DNA of 64,000 bases from Octopus sinensis (taxonomy: Eukaryota). The notes under the pieces were generated by a model. That model ran no database searches. It saw only the letters and a program-made list of their open reading frames with translations, and had not been told where the DNA came from. Position 1 is the first letter of the stretch, and each line of letters begins with the position of its first letter. The position numbers and the translations under genes were made by a program. Of this stretch, positions 11,777 through 25,615 are shown in pieces. The stretch spans positions 172,050,001-172,114,000 of the forward strand of contig NC_042998.1 in the NCBI RefSeq assembly GCF_006345805.1, written 5' to 3'.

Positions 11777-13079
11777 TGGGGAGGGAGAGAGAGAAAGATA
11801 GAGGGGAGAGACAGAGAAAGAGAAGGGGTAAGGCGAGATAGTAAAGGCACAGGTTGAGATAGCGAGGCACAGGTTGAAGTTAATGGAAAGAACTGTACCG
11901 CATAGGTAGACAAATTTGTCTGAAGCTACCTGAGATGTTTTCTTAATGGGTATATATGTGTTCATTGTGACAAGCCTAGAAGAGTGAAAAAGGAAAGCTT
12001 TGGAGGGCTTTTGCTCAGTGTATGCAATGTAGAGTTGGATGTAAATCTGATTGTAATGCGGAAGCTTTTCCACGGAATTACTGCTTCCTACTGTTATCAT
12101 TCAGCTGTGGTGGCACGGAGGATTTCCTAAAATAAAAAGAAACCATTTGGCAAATGAGCAGAAGAGCTGGTTGCAATTTGGACCCCCCCCCCAAAAAAAA
12201 AAAAAACAACAGACAAAAAAACAAACAAGAACAGGTTGCGTGATGCTCGAAGGCTTCCTATGTATCAATAACTCGCTGTCTAGTTTGAAGCTTAAAGTTC
12301 GACAATCTATGTCTGTGACCTAGTTTCGATTCCTAGATGGAAGCGTTCCAAGCATCACTAGTCATTAATATCTTTGGTAGAAGCATGAACGCTACAGCTT
12401 CCTATTTCCACTCCCTGGTGAACATCTGCATAATAATATTAACCGTTGTCTGCTCGTTTGTGTGTGCATATATATGTCTGTGCCTCTGTATGTGTACGAA
12501 TATACATATGTATGCGTCTGCGTCTCTGTGTCTGTGTGTGTACTTGTATGAGCGTGTGAGTTACGAATCCATTTTTTTGTTTTTGTTGTTTTTTGTTGTT
12601 TTTTTTTTTTTTGACTTTTTCTTTTTCCCACGTAAGTGTAAAGATACTTTGTGTAAACGGTTTATTTTAGCTTCATTTCATTTGTGTGTGTACTGAAGAA
12701 ACAAACATGTTATTCAGCCAGGCAAACACTTCTGAGATGTGACTAAAAACAACAGGGGAAAACATGATGATGAGAAAAGAAATCAACATTAAAACAAAAG
12801 ATAAAAAAAAAGAAGAAAAAAAAATTAATAGAAAAGGACAGAAACAAAATCATCCTCACCTTGGAAAATTAAATAAGTAAAAGAAAGAAGCAAACAAAAC
12901 CAAAAAAAAGCATACCCAGTCACAGCGACGTCATACCAGATGCCTTTCCATCCATTCTGTAGTTCATACTGTTTGTATTCTTTATTTTCTTTTCTGCTCG
13001 CATGATTCAGGAGAAGTTATACTTCAAGCAAGCAACTTTAGTCTGGGAAATTCAAATTTCGCTTACGTTTAAGCGGTTG

Positions 13080-13132
13080 AAGAAGAAGATGATGATGATG
13101 ACGACGACGATGATGATGATGATGATGATGAC

Positions 13133-13196
<64 letters not shown>

Positions 13197-13545
13197 CGAC
13201 GACGACGACGATGGTGATGATGATGATGATGATGACGATGATGATGATGACGACGACGACGACGACGATGATGATGATGATGATGATGATGACGATGGTG
13301 ATGATTATGATGATGATGACGACGACGACGATGGCGATGATGATGATGATGATGATGATGACGACGATGGCGATGATGATGATGATGATGACGACGACGA
13401 CGACGATGGCGATGATGATGATGATGATGATGATGACGACGACGACGATGGCGATGATGATGACAACGACGACGATGGCGATGATGATGATGATGGTGAT
13501 GATGATGATGATGACAAAGATGACGGCGGCGACGATGAGAATGAT
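13080..13545. repeat. Compound (GAT)n/(GAC)n/GGC trinucleotide array
   Basis: Direct reading of the sequence. Confidence 0.95.
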
Positions 13546-13992
13546 GATAAATGGCGCAGCTGGTAGTGGTGGTGATAGTGGCTGATGGAGATGATGGCAG
13601 AAGAAGTAGGATGCATTGATCCAAAATAACTAATAAAAGAAAGTTGATGCGACAGAGGTGAAATGCTTAATGTGTTGATAGTAATCTTTTATACATACAT
13701 ACATGCATACATACATACATACATACATACATAGATACATGCATACATACATACATACATACATACATACATACATACATACATACATACATACATACAT
13801 ACATACATACATACATACATACATGCATACATGCATGCATACATGCATACATACATGCATACAAGCATACATACATACATATGTACTTATATACACACAC
13901 ACATACATATTTATGTATGCATGTATGTATATATGTATGTATATATATATATATATGTATATATATATACATATATTAATGATATATATGTA

Positions 13993-14027
<35 letters not shown>

Positions 14028-14029
<2 letters not shown>

Positions 14030-14254
14030 CGGCGAGCTGGCAGAAACGTTAGCACGCCGGGCGAAATGCCTTGCCGTATTTCGTCTGCCGTTACGTTCCG
14101 AGTTCAAATTCCGCCGAGGTCGACTTTGCCTTTCATCCTTCCGGGGTCGATAAATTAAGTACCAGTTACGCACTGGGTCGATGTAATCGACTTAATCCGT
14201 TTGTCTGTCCTTGTTTGTCTCCTCTGTGTTTAGCCCCTTGTGGGTAGTAAAGAA

Positions 14255-14255
<1 letters not shown>
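14028..14255 (+). mobile_element. tRNA-derived SINE family B
   Basis: GGCGGCGAGCTGGCAGAAACGTTAGC...GAGTTCAAATTCC (B box)...GTCGACTTTGCCTTTCATCC...AAGTACCAG; many copies in the window. Confidence 0.85.
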
Positions 14256-14293
<38 letters not shown>

Positions 14294-14984
14294 CGTGTGT
14301 GTGTGTGTGTGTATGAATGTATGTACATATGGGTACAGGATGTCACCAACAGTAAACAACATGAAATACGAAAACAAATGAGTTCAATACGCAAACGACG
14401 AGAGAAACAAATGTAAAACAGGACAAGTAACACAAAGAACGACACTTCTTCAGTTGTCGGCTGTCTATCTACTCCTCATTTCGAGCATTGAACAACAATA
14501 TGAGTCTTCGAAGACAGTTGCTCCCATAAGTACAAAAGTAAAATTTTGAATTTATGGAAGGTCAAAGTTGGGAACAAAAACAGGTCAGTGGAGACATACA
14601 AGGAAACCGAACGAAAACAAACATGGCGGGTCGTTAGACAAGAGGGTAAAGTAGCGAACGCTGGAGAAATATTTTCTTTGAAAAGAGTAAAGATAGAAGA
14701 GAGAGATAGAATACGTCCAGTCCTTAGGACAATCCTGAAGGAAAAGAAAGATGATCACGCGAGAGAAAGAAAGTTGGGCGATGGTCACATGTGAGTAACG
14801 AAAGAGAGAAAAAGAGAAAGACAGACAGATAGAAAACGGAGAAGAGGAGAAAAAGATGGGGAGGAATCAGAATAGAGTAGAGTTGCATCAAAAAGACTAA
14901 GATAAACTTACTTGGAAATGGATGTGTGGCGTTCTATCAAATAATAATATAAACAATATATATGTGTGTGTGTGTGTTCTTTTA

Positions 14985-15332
14985 CTTCTTATTCTTTTAC
15001 TCGTTTCACTCATATGACTTCGGTCATGCTAGAGCACCGCCTTTAGTCAAGCAAATCTACCCCAGGACTTATTCGTTGCAAGCCCAGTACTCATTCTATC
15101 AGTCTGATTTTTGCCGAACCGCTAAGTTACAGCGACGTAAACACACGAACATAGGTTGCCAGACACAGACACAAACATATACATATATATATGATGGACT
15201 TCTTTCTGTTTCTACCTGCCAAATCCACTCACAATGCTTTGGTCTGCCTGAGGCTATAATAGAAAGCACTTGCCCAAGGTGCCACGCAATAGGACTGAAC
15301 CGGGAACCATGTGATTGGGAAGCAAGCTTCTT
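14985..15332 (-). mobile_element. SINE family A, 3' portion of an interrupted copy
   Basis: Reverse complement of family A; its 5' remainder is at 16759-16797. Confidence 0.8.
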
Positions 15333-16758
15333 TATTTATTTTAAATTGCCATAAAGGCATTACATAGAGGCTGACACTACAAAACATGTGGGGACATATA
15401 AGAATTAGAATAAAAATATGATGTTTTGAATGACACATGAAAATGAACATGAAAAACATTAAAATCAAAATATAAAAATAATGATACATGAATGATAACT
15501 TGAGAAATGAGAATATGAAAAGTGTGTTACTCACCCCCACTGCGTAACACCACTCACCACCTCTGAGTCCTTTTTAGTCTTTGATTTAGTCTTTCGTTTA
15601 CCGTTTTCCCCATCACTGAGTGACAACACTCTCTCCTCCATGTACACGTAACCTTTTTCACCGGGGGAGGAGTCTTGTAAATTTTGTTGTGTCTGTTCTT
15701 TCTTCTTTTTATCCTGTGGGAAGAGGGGCTGGGTGGGTTTGGTGTCTGTATGGGGAGGGTAGGTTTGAGTGGTCTTGTGTAGGATGGAGTTGGTCTAGGA
15801 TCCCACATCACACTGACTGTTCTTCCTCTTCTTTCTCTTTTTCCTTTTATTCTCTGTCACTGTCCATTCATCCTCCTTGTTTCTTTCATCTATCTGTACT
15901 TCTTTCTTTTTCTCCTCCGTCTCCAGCACCGCTCCTTCTGTCATTTTCCTCTGTAGAAGGCAGTGAGCTCTGTCCTCTACCCATACTTTCAATACTATTT
16001 CTCCCAACGTCACCATCTCCGCCAAATTTTCCAGGTGCTTCGCCTCCGCTTGTATGATGATTTCCAATGTTTTTCCTTTATACCCTTCTTCCTCCGTCTC
16101 TGTGGCTTGGAGGACAGCTACCTCCTCCTCACTACCAACGAAGACGGCTGCCGCAACCCAAGTCACTTCTATATCGGGTGGGATTCCTTCTACCCTCACC
16201 TTAGAAGTCTTTCTTCCAAGGTACGTGGGTAGAAGTACTACTTCCTCCGTTCTTACCGTTGTACTCGCCAACCTCTTTGTCTCCTCCGCTGTCCTAAACT
16301 GGACAACCGCCGTCCCATATCCATTTCCTTTCGCTATATATGTTACTTCCATCGAAAGCCACTTCAATGTTTTTTTCTACTTTTTCCATCTCCATCCGCT
16401 CCACATCCTACTCTCCAGGGAGTACAACTTGTAGGTAATGGTTTTCTTTTCCATATTTTCCATGACCCTTTTCAGGAGTAATAACTTTACATCATCGCCC
16501 ATCTTCTGTGTCATGTTTCACAGCTCCTTCAATCCGGATAGATCCAATTCCCTTTTCTTCACCTCTGCAGCCTCAACAAAACTCTTTACTCTTTCCAAAT
16601 GCTCGTCCATTCTATTTACTGCCTTAACGAGCTCCTCAACTCGCTAAGATCCGAATACATTCCTTTTCACCTGTACAACACTCACCGACAAACCGCTGCC
16701 AAGCGGCTCAAAAAATTCCGTCCGCGAATAGATACAGCGGATAGACCGACGCATACGC
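15333..16758 (-). mobile_element. ORF1-only non-autonomous non-LTR retroelement (Tx1/L1-type ORF1-like), 16-bp TSD
   Basis: GGGAAGCAAGCTTCTT is duplicated at 15317-15332 and 16759-16774. Disrupted ORF (15795-16367: KVRVEGIPPDIEV...LGEIVLKVWVEDR) resembles LINE ORF1. The 3' end is AAAATAAATAA; no RT is visible. Confidence 0.65.
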
Positions 16759-16829
16759 GGGAAGCAAGCTTCTTACCGTACAGCTACACCTGCGCCTGTA
16801 TATATAAGGTAATATTTATTTCCTATTTT

Positions 16830-16995
16830 AAAGTGGATTCAAATGTTCTCTGTAGTGATGAATCAAAATTTGAGCTTTGCAGTGATTTCCCAGAACATTG
16901 TGTTTTCAAAGTCGGTGAGATATTCCGCCCTGAGTGTATTTAAAGAACCGTGACGCATGGAAGAAATGAAATTATCTTATGATGTAGGATACACT
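16830..16995 (+). mobile_element. Tc1 transposase fragment
   Basis: NVLCSDESKFEL...GEIFRPECI*RTVTHG matches Tc1 VLWSDESKF...TVKHGG. Confidence 0.7.
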
Positions 16996-17381
16996 TTTCT
17001 ACAAGTGTTCGTGAGGTTTGAGCGATCAAATAATGCTTTAAAATGTTTTAAAATGTCAAAATGGGTTTAACTACCAGCTTACAAAAAATATTCTCTGCAG
17101 AAAAAGAAAAAAAAAACAGACCAGCAGAAGTAATTTATATGTCAATAATTTAATGTCCCTGCCCTTATTGCAAAAGCAGCAGGAAAGAGTTAAGGGAAAT
17201 ATCCCTGTAAATTATAGTCTGGTCAGAGTCTAGATTTGAATCCAAACAGAATATTTAGGTATGTATTAGGCACAAACTGGGAAGAATGATTGCAAATTCT
17301 GATGATGATTTGGCGAAAACTGAGAAATATAAACAGATCAATTGTGAAATTTATAATGTTTAATCTATTTCTATAAAATTC

Positions 17382-17457
<76 letters not shown>

Positions 17458-17458
17458 C

Positions 17459-17501
<43 letters not shown>

Positions 17502-18381
17502 TGTGTCTGTGTGTGTGTGTTTTTCCTCTAAGCACGGCCAAACCACTGGATTAATCTGTACCAAATTTGGCATGAAGGTTTTTCTTTACTCGGGGAAGAT
17601 TCTAGTATATTATAAAAATCAAAATTCGCTTAAAAACCAATTTGCTTAATATTTTTTCTTTGTCCTGGAATGTATGTTAACAGGCGAAACTTACATGTAG
17701 ATAGGTTAGAAATAGTAGCTAATTCTCCCTCAAACCACACTTGTCTCATGAGATAATATACCAGGAATAGCCAAGCACCATTGCTAGTCTATATACACAG
17801 GTATATATATATTCATGTAACCTCGTCCGTTTTTCCGTCCTTGTTTTGTATACATTCGAGGCTTTCTTCCAAGGAATCTAATGCGCTTGGCTTAGATTTT
17901 CCTTTGAGGCTGGCCAGATCGGAGCAATCTCAAGATTAATCAGCCGAAATTGCGAGGATGATCCGGTTCTTGACTGAAGATTGAAGGCTTCGAATGTCCC
18001 GACCATGTTTTTTGTATTGTCTTCTAAATGTTTTGTGTTTTTGTCCCAGTTTGTATTTTTTTACATGTATATATATATATACACGCACGCATATACCTGC
18101 ACACACACGCACATGCACAAACACAGACAAACACATACATATACACACATGTCTCTGTAAGTGATGTTTATGTGACAATGTGTTTATGTTCGAATCGGAC
18201 TAATTTATGTGATGAGGCAACTGTGTCAGACATACTTTTGAAGGCGGTATTTCATCATGGCTGTAGTTCAGTGACTTAAACCAGTAAAATCTGACAAAGA
18301 AACTTGGTATAGGAAGGATTTGATTGGCCCTATTCAATTACACAGAAGCAAAACATAGAAACATTTTTTCCATGTTTTTAG

Positions 18382-18450
<69 letters not shown>

Positions 18451-18453
<3 letters not shown>

Positions 18454-21394
18454 TAGTTTTATTTTTATAGCGTGCTTTCACTTCACTACCGAGCGCAGCT
18501 CTGTGTGCCTTGGGTATGTGCTGTGATTTGTTGTGATGCTCTGATGGTTATTGTATGGAAAGTGTTCTGCGTAGGATGTGTGCAGTGCCTAGTAGTGCAA
18601 TTTTCTGTATGTTATATGTGTTTGTAAGTCCTGGTGTTTTTGTTATGTATTTGTCTGAATATTTTTTTATCATGCCTAATGCACCTACTATGATAGGAAT
18701 TGTTTCTGTTTTCAGATTCCACATTCTAGTTACCTCTATTTCCAGGTCTTTGTATTTTGAGAGTTTCTCAATTTCTTTTAGAGACACGTTGTCATCAGCC
18801 GGTATTGATACATCAATTAGAAAGCATTTTTTTCCTTTATGGTCTCTGACAACTATATCTGGTCTGTTGGCCTTAATTTCTCTATCTGTGTGTATCAGCA
18901 TATCCCAGAGTATGGTTGCTTTCTCGTTTTCTGTGACCTTTTCTGGTGTGTGCCTATACCATCTTTTTTCTGTTGTTATTCCATAATGTTGGCATAGCTT
19001 CCAATGTATGTAGGTTCCAACTCTGTCATGTCTGTGAATGTATTCCTTCTTAGCCAGGACTGGGCAGCCAGAGATAATATGATTTATTGTTTCTTGTCCA
19101 TCTCCACATATTCTGCAGTTACTTGTAATATTTCTTTTCATTACATGTTTTTGGTAATTTCTGGTGGGGAGGCTTTGGTCTTGTGCTGCAATTAAAAATC
19201 CCTCTGTTTCTGCTTTGAGTCCTGAGCTTCTCAACCATTGCTGGGATTTTTCTTTGTCTATTTCTTTTGCGTTTAGTTTAGTGCAGTATTTACCATGAAG
19301 GGGCTTTTCTTGCCATCGTTTTATCATGGTTCGTTGCTGTTCTATTTTTAGTTTGGATTTCATTTGTTTTATAGCTTTTGTTGTTTCTTCATCTTCTTCT
19401 TCTTCTTCATGTTTATTAGGTGGTATGATTTCTTGTTTGTATTTGTCAGCTTCTTTAAATACTGAGAACAGTTTTTTGTTTTGCTCGTGTTTTGCCGCTA
19501 TCTGGATCAGTTTTCCTTCCTTCTGAAGTAGATTTTTTGCAGTCCTATGGTGGTTATTTTATAGTAGTTTTCCAGCTGTATAAGGCCTCTACCACCTTCT
19601 ATACGTTGTATATATAGTCTTTCTTTGTCAGATTTTGGGTGATGCATCCTAGATCCTGTCATTGTTTTTCTTGTTTTCCTATCTATTTTGGTCAGTTCAT
19701 TTAGTGTTCAGTTAAGGATATTGTAGCTGTGACTTATAACTGGGACAGCTAAAGTGTTAATACCTATTATCTTGTTTTTAGCATTGAGCTCTGCTTTTAG
19801 TATTGATCTAACTCGTCTATGATATTCTTTTTTTTATTTTCTCTTTCATTTGTGTGTGTTGTGTCTTATCTTGTTCACGGATACCTAAGTATTTGTAAGT
19901 TTGGCTTTGGTCTAATTCTTTTATTTCATTGGTTTTATCTAGTGTGATGTTGCTACTCTTAACTAGTTTTTCTCTTTTCATGGTTACTTTGGCGCATTTT
20001 TCTAATCCAATTTCATATCTATTTCTTCGTAAATCCATGAACTGTCTTTAATAGTGTTTCCAGCTGTTTGTCATTTGCAGCGTATAGTTTTAGGTCATCC
20101 ATATATAAAAGGTGGCTGATCGTTTTGCCGTAACATTTATATCCGCATCCAGTTCTATTTAGCATATCAGATAGAGGTGACAGTGCCAAGCAGAAAAGGA
20201 GTGGAGAGAGCGTGTCTCCCTGGAATATTCCTCTTCTAATGGGGATGTCTTTGGTTTTCATGAGTCCCTCTTTTGTTTGGAGGTGTAGGAATGTTTGCCA
20301 TTTATTCATAGAGTGCTCTATGAATTTTATGATTGTTGGTGCTACTTTGTTAATGGCTAGTGTTTCGAGGATCCATGTGTGGGGGATGCTATCAAACGCC
20401 TTTTTGTAGTCAATCCAGGCCATACTGAGGCCTTTCTTCTTTCTGTGGCTGTCTTCAGTTATGGCTTTATTAATCATTAGTTGATCTTTACAGCCATATG
20501 AGCCTTTGCGGCATCCTTTCTGCTCTTCTGGGAACAGTTTGTTTTCGTCCAGGTGCTTGTTCAGCCTTTGTGATATCACTGCAGTAAATGCCTTGTACAT
20601 TGTAGGGAGGCAGGTTATTGGTCTGTAGTTTTCTGGTTTTTCTGTTTTATTTGATTTGGGAATTAAGATGGTTTTCCCCTTCATGAGCCATTCAGGTATT
20701 GTCTCTGGCTCTGCTAGTACGTTGTTAAAGTTTTCAGCCAGCTTTTTGTGCATTCCTGTTAGATATTTCAACCAGAAGTTGGGGATCTTGTCATGCCCAG
20801 GTGCCTTCCAGTTGCTTAGTCTTTGCAGTGCCTGGGTGACCTCTTCAGTTGTTATGGGGGTCCAAAGTTGTTCAGATGCCGAGTTTGTTATTTTGATACT
20901 CCTTTTTTTTGGTGGTTCGTTCGCCGACCATATTTTTCTCCAGAATTCTTCCAATTCTTCTGCCGTTGGCGCTGCAGTGACTTCTATTTTATTTTTGCCC
21001 AGTTCTTGGTAGAACTTTTTGGGGTTGGAGTTGAACTTTTTGTTTTCTTCAAAGAAGCGTTGGCGTTTCTTGTACCGGCGGATCCTTTGTGCTTTGGCAA
21101 GGATATCTTGCTTCAGCTTTTCTTTTATTTCAGGCAAATCTTTCTCTGTGATGTTATATTTGCGGAGTATTTTTGTTCTCTTTTTGTTGCTCAGTGCGTT
21201 GATTGTTTGCTGATTTCATTAAGAATCGACAGGTCTTTTCTAATTTTTTTTATTTAGCTTTGGATGTTACTTATCCACAGGGTTTGTTTGGGTGGTGGTA
21301 CTCCTGTTTGGGCGGGTTTGGGTGAGTATCCAGCTTCTTTTGTGGCTGCAGTGGCTGCTGCGTATATTAGGTTATTTAGCTCAGTGATATCACT
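18451..21394 (-). mobile_element. R4/Dong-like non-LTR retrotransposon, family A copy 1 (5'-truncated, disrupted)
   Basis: ORF 20019-21137 has RT motifs (WIDYKKAFDSIPH, GIFQGDTLSP, YMDDLKLY). ORF 18548-19363 has CRIC..H....C, RHD and RPD..D..K (RLE). (TTA)n on both flanks. Confidence 0.92.
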
Positions 21395-21481
21395 TATTAT
21401 TATTACTATTATTATTATTATTATTATTATTATACTATCATTATTATTATTATTATAATTATTATTATTATTATTATTATA

Positions 21482-21540
<59 letters not shown>

Positions 21541-21553
21541 CATTATTATTATT

Positions 21554-22214
<661 letters not shown>

Positions 22215-22227
22215 CATTATTATTATT

Positions 22228-22783
22228 GAGTGAGAGAGTAGTGCGTGCCATCAAAGTAACACTGGGGTAAAATATATGAAGCCCAGTATACACATCATGA
22301 CTACCCATCTGATAAGGGTACACCAGGCACATACATCACAACCATATGTGCGCAACATGGTGATCTCATATCAAGATAAACAGCGCATGACCTTGCAGAT
22401 GGGGTCCAGTTAGAATTTTCTTCTGGTCGAGTAAACCATCCCGCTCAGAAGGTCCCTGAATAAGGATTGTTTAAGGATGTTGAACGAACCACCCCTGTTT
22501 CCAGATGTGAATTATCCAACCCTGCAAGAATTCCTTTCAACACACGGCTATGATGCTCCCCTACTACTTCTGCTCATGATCAGAGATACAGATACCGTCA
22601 GCCACTAAGGGACATGCTCAACTGGTTAAGGTCAAACAACTGACAAGCAGATCTGTGGTATTGAGCAGAATATTTGCTGTAGCCCATCTTTTATACCAAA
22701 ACAAAACAATGTACATGATGACACTTCCAATCAGTTAAGATCAGAAGCCATGAGAGCCACTGTCTGGTACTGCATCAGGGCAT
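22228..22783 (-). mobile_element. Non-coding ~555 bp element, tandem copy 2
   Basis: Almost identical to 21554-22108. Confidence 0.7.
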
Positions 22784-22820
22784 TTATTATTATTATTTAT
22801 TATTATTATTATTATTATTA

Positions 22821-22860
<40 letters not shown>

Positions 22861-22880
22861 TTATTATTATTATTATTATT

Positions 22881-23748
22881 ATGTTTTTTTCCTTCTTTCT
22901 TCAAATTTTCTTCCGTTTCTCGCCGAGTGTTTTCCAAACACCCAGGGCAGAGAAGGGCATTGTATGCATTCCCAGATTACACGCGCAAATTCACAGATAA
23001 AATATGTATTTAAAAATTAATAAATAAATAAATTCATGGATGGATGTTATTTTCACAGCGATAGTGCTCTTCTCAGTACATGAGCCGTTCCAGTTAATAC
23101 GATTTTTTGCACTTCCTGTAGGGATGGCAAGCCTGGAATCATTTTCAAATAGGTTTCAGTGCCTTTTTTATCATTCCTAGAGATCCTACAATCACTGGTA
23201 CTGTAGTCGCCTTGAGATGCCACATTTCTTCTATTTCCATTAGCAGGTCTTTATATTTACTAATCTTGTCAAATTCTTTCGCCGCTATATTGTGATCATA
23301 GGGAATACTCATGTCAACACATCCTTTTTGTCTGAACTTTTATAATGATATCCGGTTTATTGGCTTTTATAGTCCTGTCGGTCTGCACGGGGAAGTCCCA
23401 TAGAATCGACACATTTTCTCCCTCAGTGACAGCTTCAGGATGATGATTATACCATTTGTCAGCGGTTTTGATTTTATAATGCCGACATATTGTCCAGTGT
23501 AAATACTGGCCGACTCTGTGATGTCTTGCTTTTTTATATTCTACAGGTGCTAAGACTCTACACCCTGAGATTAGGTGGTCTATTGTTTCAATCTCATCGT
23601 TACAGAATCGGCATTTTGGGTCAGCTCCATTTTTCATCACATTGGCTTGGTAGTTCCGGGTAAATAAGCTTTGGTCTTGAGCAGCTAATATGAAACCTTC
23701 ACTCTCTGCTTTTAGCCCTGAACTTCGTAACCATTTGTGCGTGTGTTG
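22881..23748 (-). mobile_element. R4/Dong-like LINE 3' fragment, family B
   Basis: CRFCNDEIETIDHLISGC, RHHRV, ILWDFPVQTDRTIKANKPDI; (TTA)n flanks. Confidence 0.85.
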
Positions 23749-23769
23749 TTGTTATTATTATTATTATTA

Positions 23770-23846
<77 letters not shown>

Positions 23847-24981
23847 GTATTCTTACTTCTCAGAGAATAAATTCCAAAACTAGTCGTAAATATAATATGT
23901 CTGGAAGTTTAATTAAATCGATCTGTATCATTAAGCGTTATCATTTTAGAAAGCTTCATTACTGATGAAAATTTGAAGTCACTGGAGACACTTTAAAAGT
24001 AATGCTCTAACATATTATATTTTTTAACATCTTTTGTGGTTTCAAATAGATATCAAGGCTATACTTTTGATATCTTATGTAGTTCCTGTAACATAGTGTG
24101 AAATGATTAATTTATTGGCCTCAGCTTTGAGTTCTGATATGAGTCATTTTTTCATCTGCCTGCAGTCGGCTCAGCCTTTTTATGTGCTACATATGTAATA
24201 TATTTTTGTCATCTTCGGATTTCAGACTTAATTTCAATGATTGATGACAAGCTCCGAAAAACAAAACAAAACAACTATTTCTATTAATAATTCTTTATGG
24301 AGAGTTTACATTTATTTTTGTTTTGCTGAGGATCAGTTTCTTCTTAATATGTTTCCGTTAGAAAATGCCTAATATTGATAGAAATGACTTACTTGATCCG
24401 GCTCTTGATTTACATTTGAATTATAACACTTATGAAATATATAAATAACATAAAATAAAAATAAAATAAATAAAAATGTCACCGAAATAAAATGGCTGAT
24501 GTATTTTAGAAATGTATTTTCACAATTATAAAGTTATAAAGAAAGAAGATTTGAATAAGTTCCTATAGAGTTAATTGACGAAAGAAGGAAAACTAAGAGC
24601 AGATATTTTGTGATAAGATTAAATAAGCAACAGCAAAAATGTTAAATAGGTGTATTCTATGCGTCTTTTCACTTATTCCTTAATTTCAGATTCAATCTTC
24701 TAATCCTGCCAAATACAATGAAGAAATGATTATCTCCCATGTATTAGGGGGATACTACGTGCTTAAAATGTTTGTTGGAATACCTTTGAAAATTGCAACT
24801 ACTGCTTTATTCAACACTGACTCCCTCTACAAAAGAAAAAAAACGCCATCTAGGGTATTGAGAATTGTGTCTTTTGCTCATAGAGAAAGCCAACGGTGGT
24901 ATGATACGAACTCAAATTTTCAGTAACGCTCTCGCGCACGATCATACGCAGGCACACACACACACCACACACACACACACA

Positions 24982-25038
<57 letters not shown>

Positions 25039-25256
25039 ACACACACAATAATAATGATGAATATAATAATAATAATAATAATAATAATGATACAAGAAGT
25101 TGGAAAATAATAGACCGGCTATTACAATCAGAGATAAGGAAAAGCGAACTTGCTTACTTATCGAGCCATCATTGATTCCATTTGATTCCATTTGATTCCA
25201 GGAACGTAAAGAAAGAGGAAGAAAAACAAAAACAAATAAATACAACCCCCCTAAAA

Positions 25257-25547
25257 TTTGAAATAGGAAGAATTTGGAGCATACTAACAGTAAAGGTCGT
25301 GCCTATAATAGTTGGTACGCTGGGAATAGTGAACTAAGATATAGACAAATAGCTGAGGGAGACTGAAATAGAATGCTCGGTAGAGCTGCTACCGAAAGTT
25401 TGCCTCTTAGGGACAGCAAGGATTATCAGGAGGGTCCTAAGCACTTGAAAGACTACTGAAAACTTCTGATTAGCTAAGATTACAGGTAGTAACCCGCGAT
25501 CCACATAATCTCTACCAGGAGTAAGGCTGAACTTGAGAAAACCTAGA
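25257..25547 (+). mobile_element. R4/Dong-like LINE extreme 3' fragment, family C
   Basis: Translates to VKVVPIIVGTLG...LLGTARIIRRVL, then a 3' UTR and (TAA)n. Confidence 0.65.
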
Positions 25548-25562
25548 TAATAATAATAATAC

Positions 25563-25611
<49 letters not shown>

Positions 25612-25615
25612 AAGA

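Noticed and set aside
13052-13624. His/Arg-rich, Met-rich and Ser-rich ORFs
   Set aside because: Translations of the (GAT/GAC)n microsatellite in different frames; no coding evidence.
18555-21257. Plus-strand ORFs opposite the LINE (and minus-strand ORFs at 25660-28601)
   Set aside because: Antisense shadows of the RT/RLE frame.
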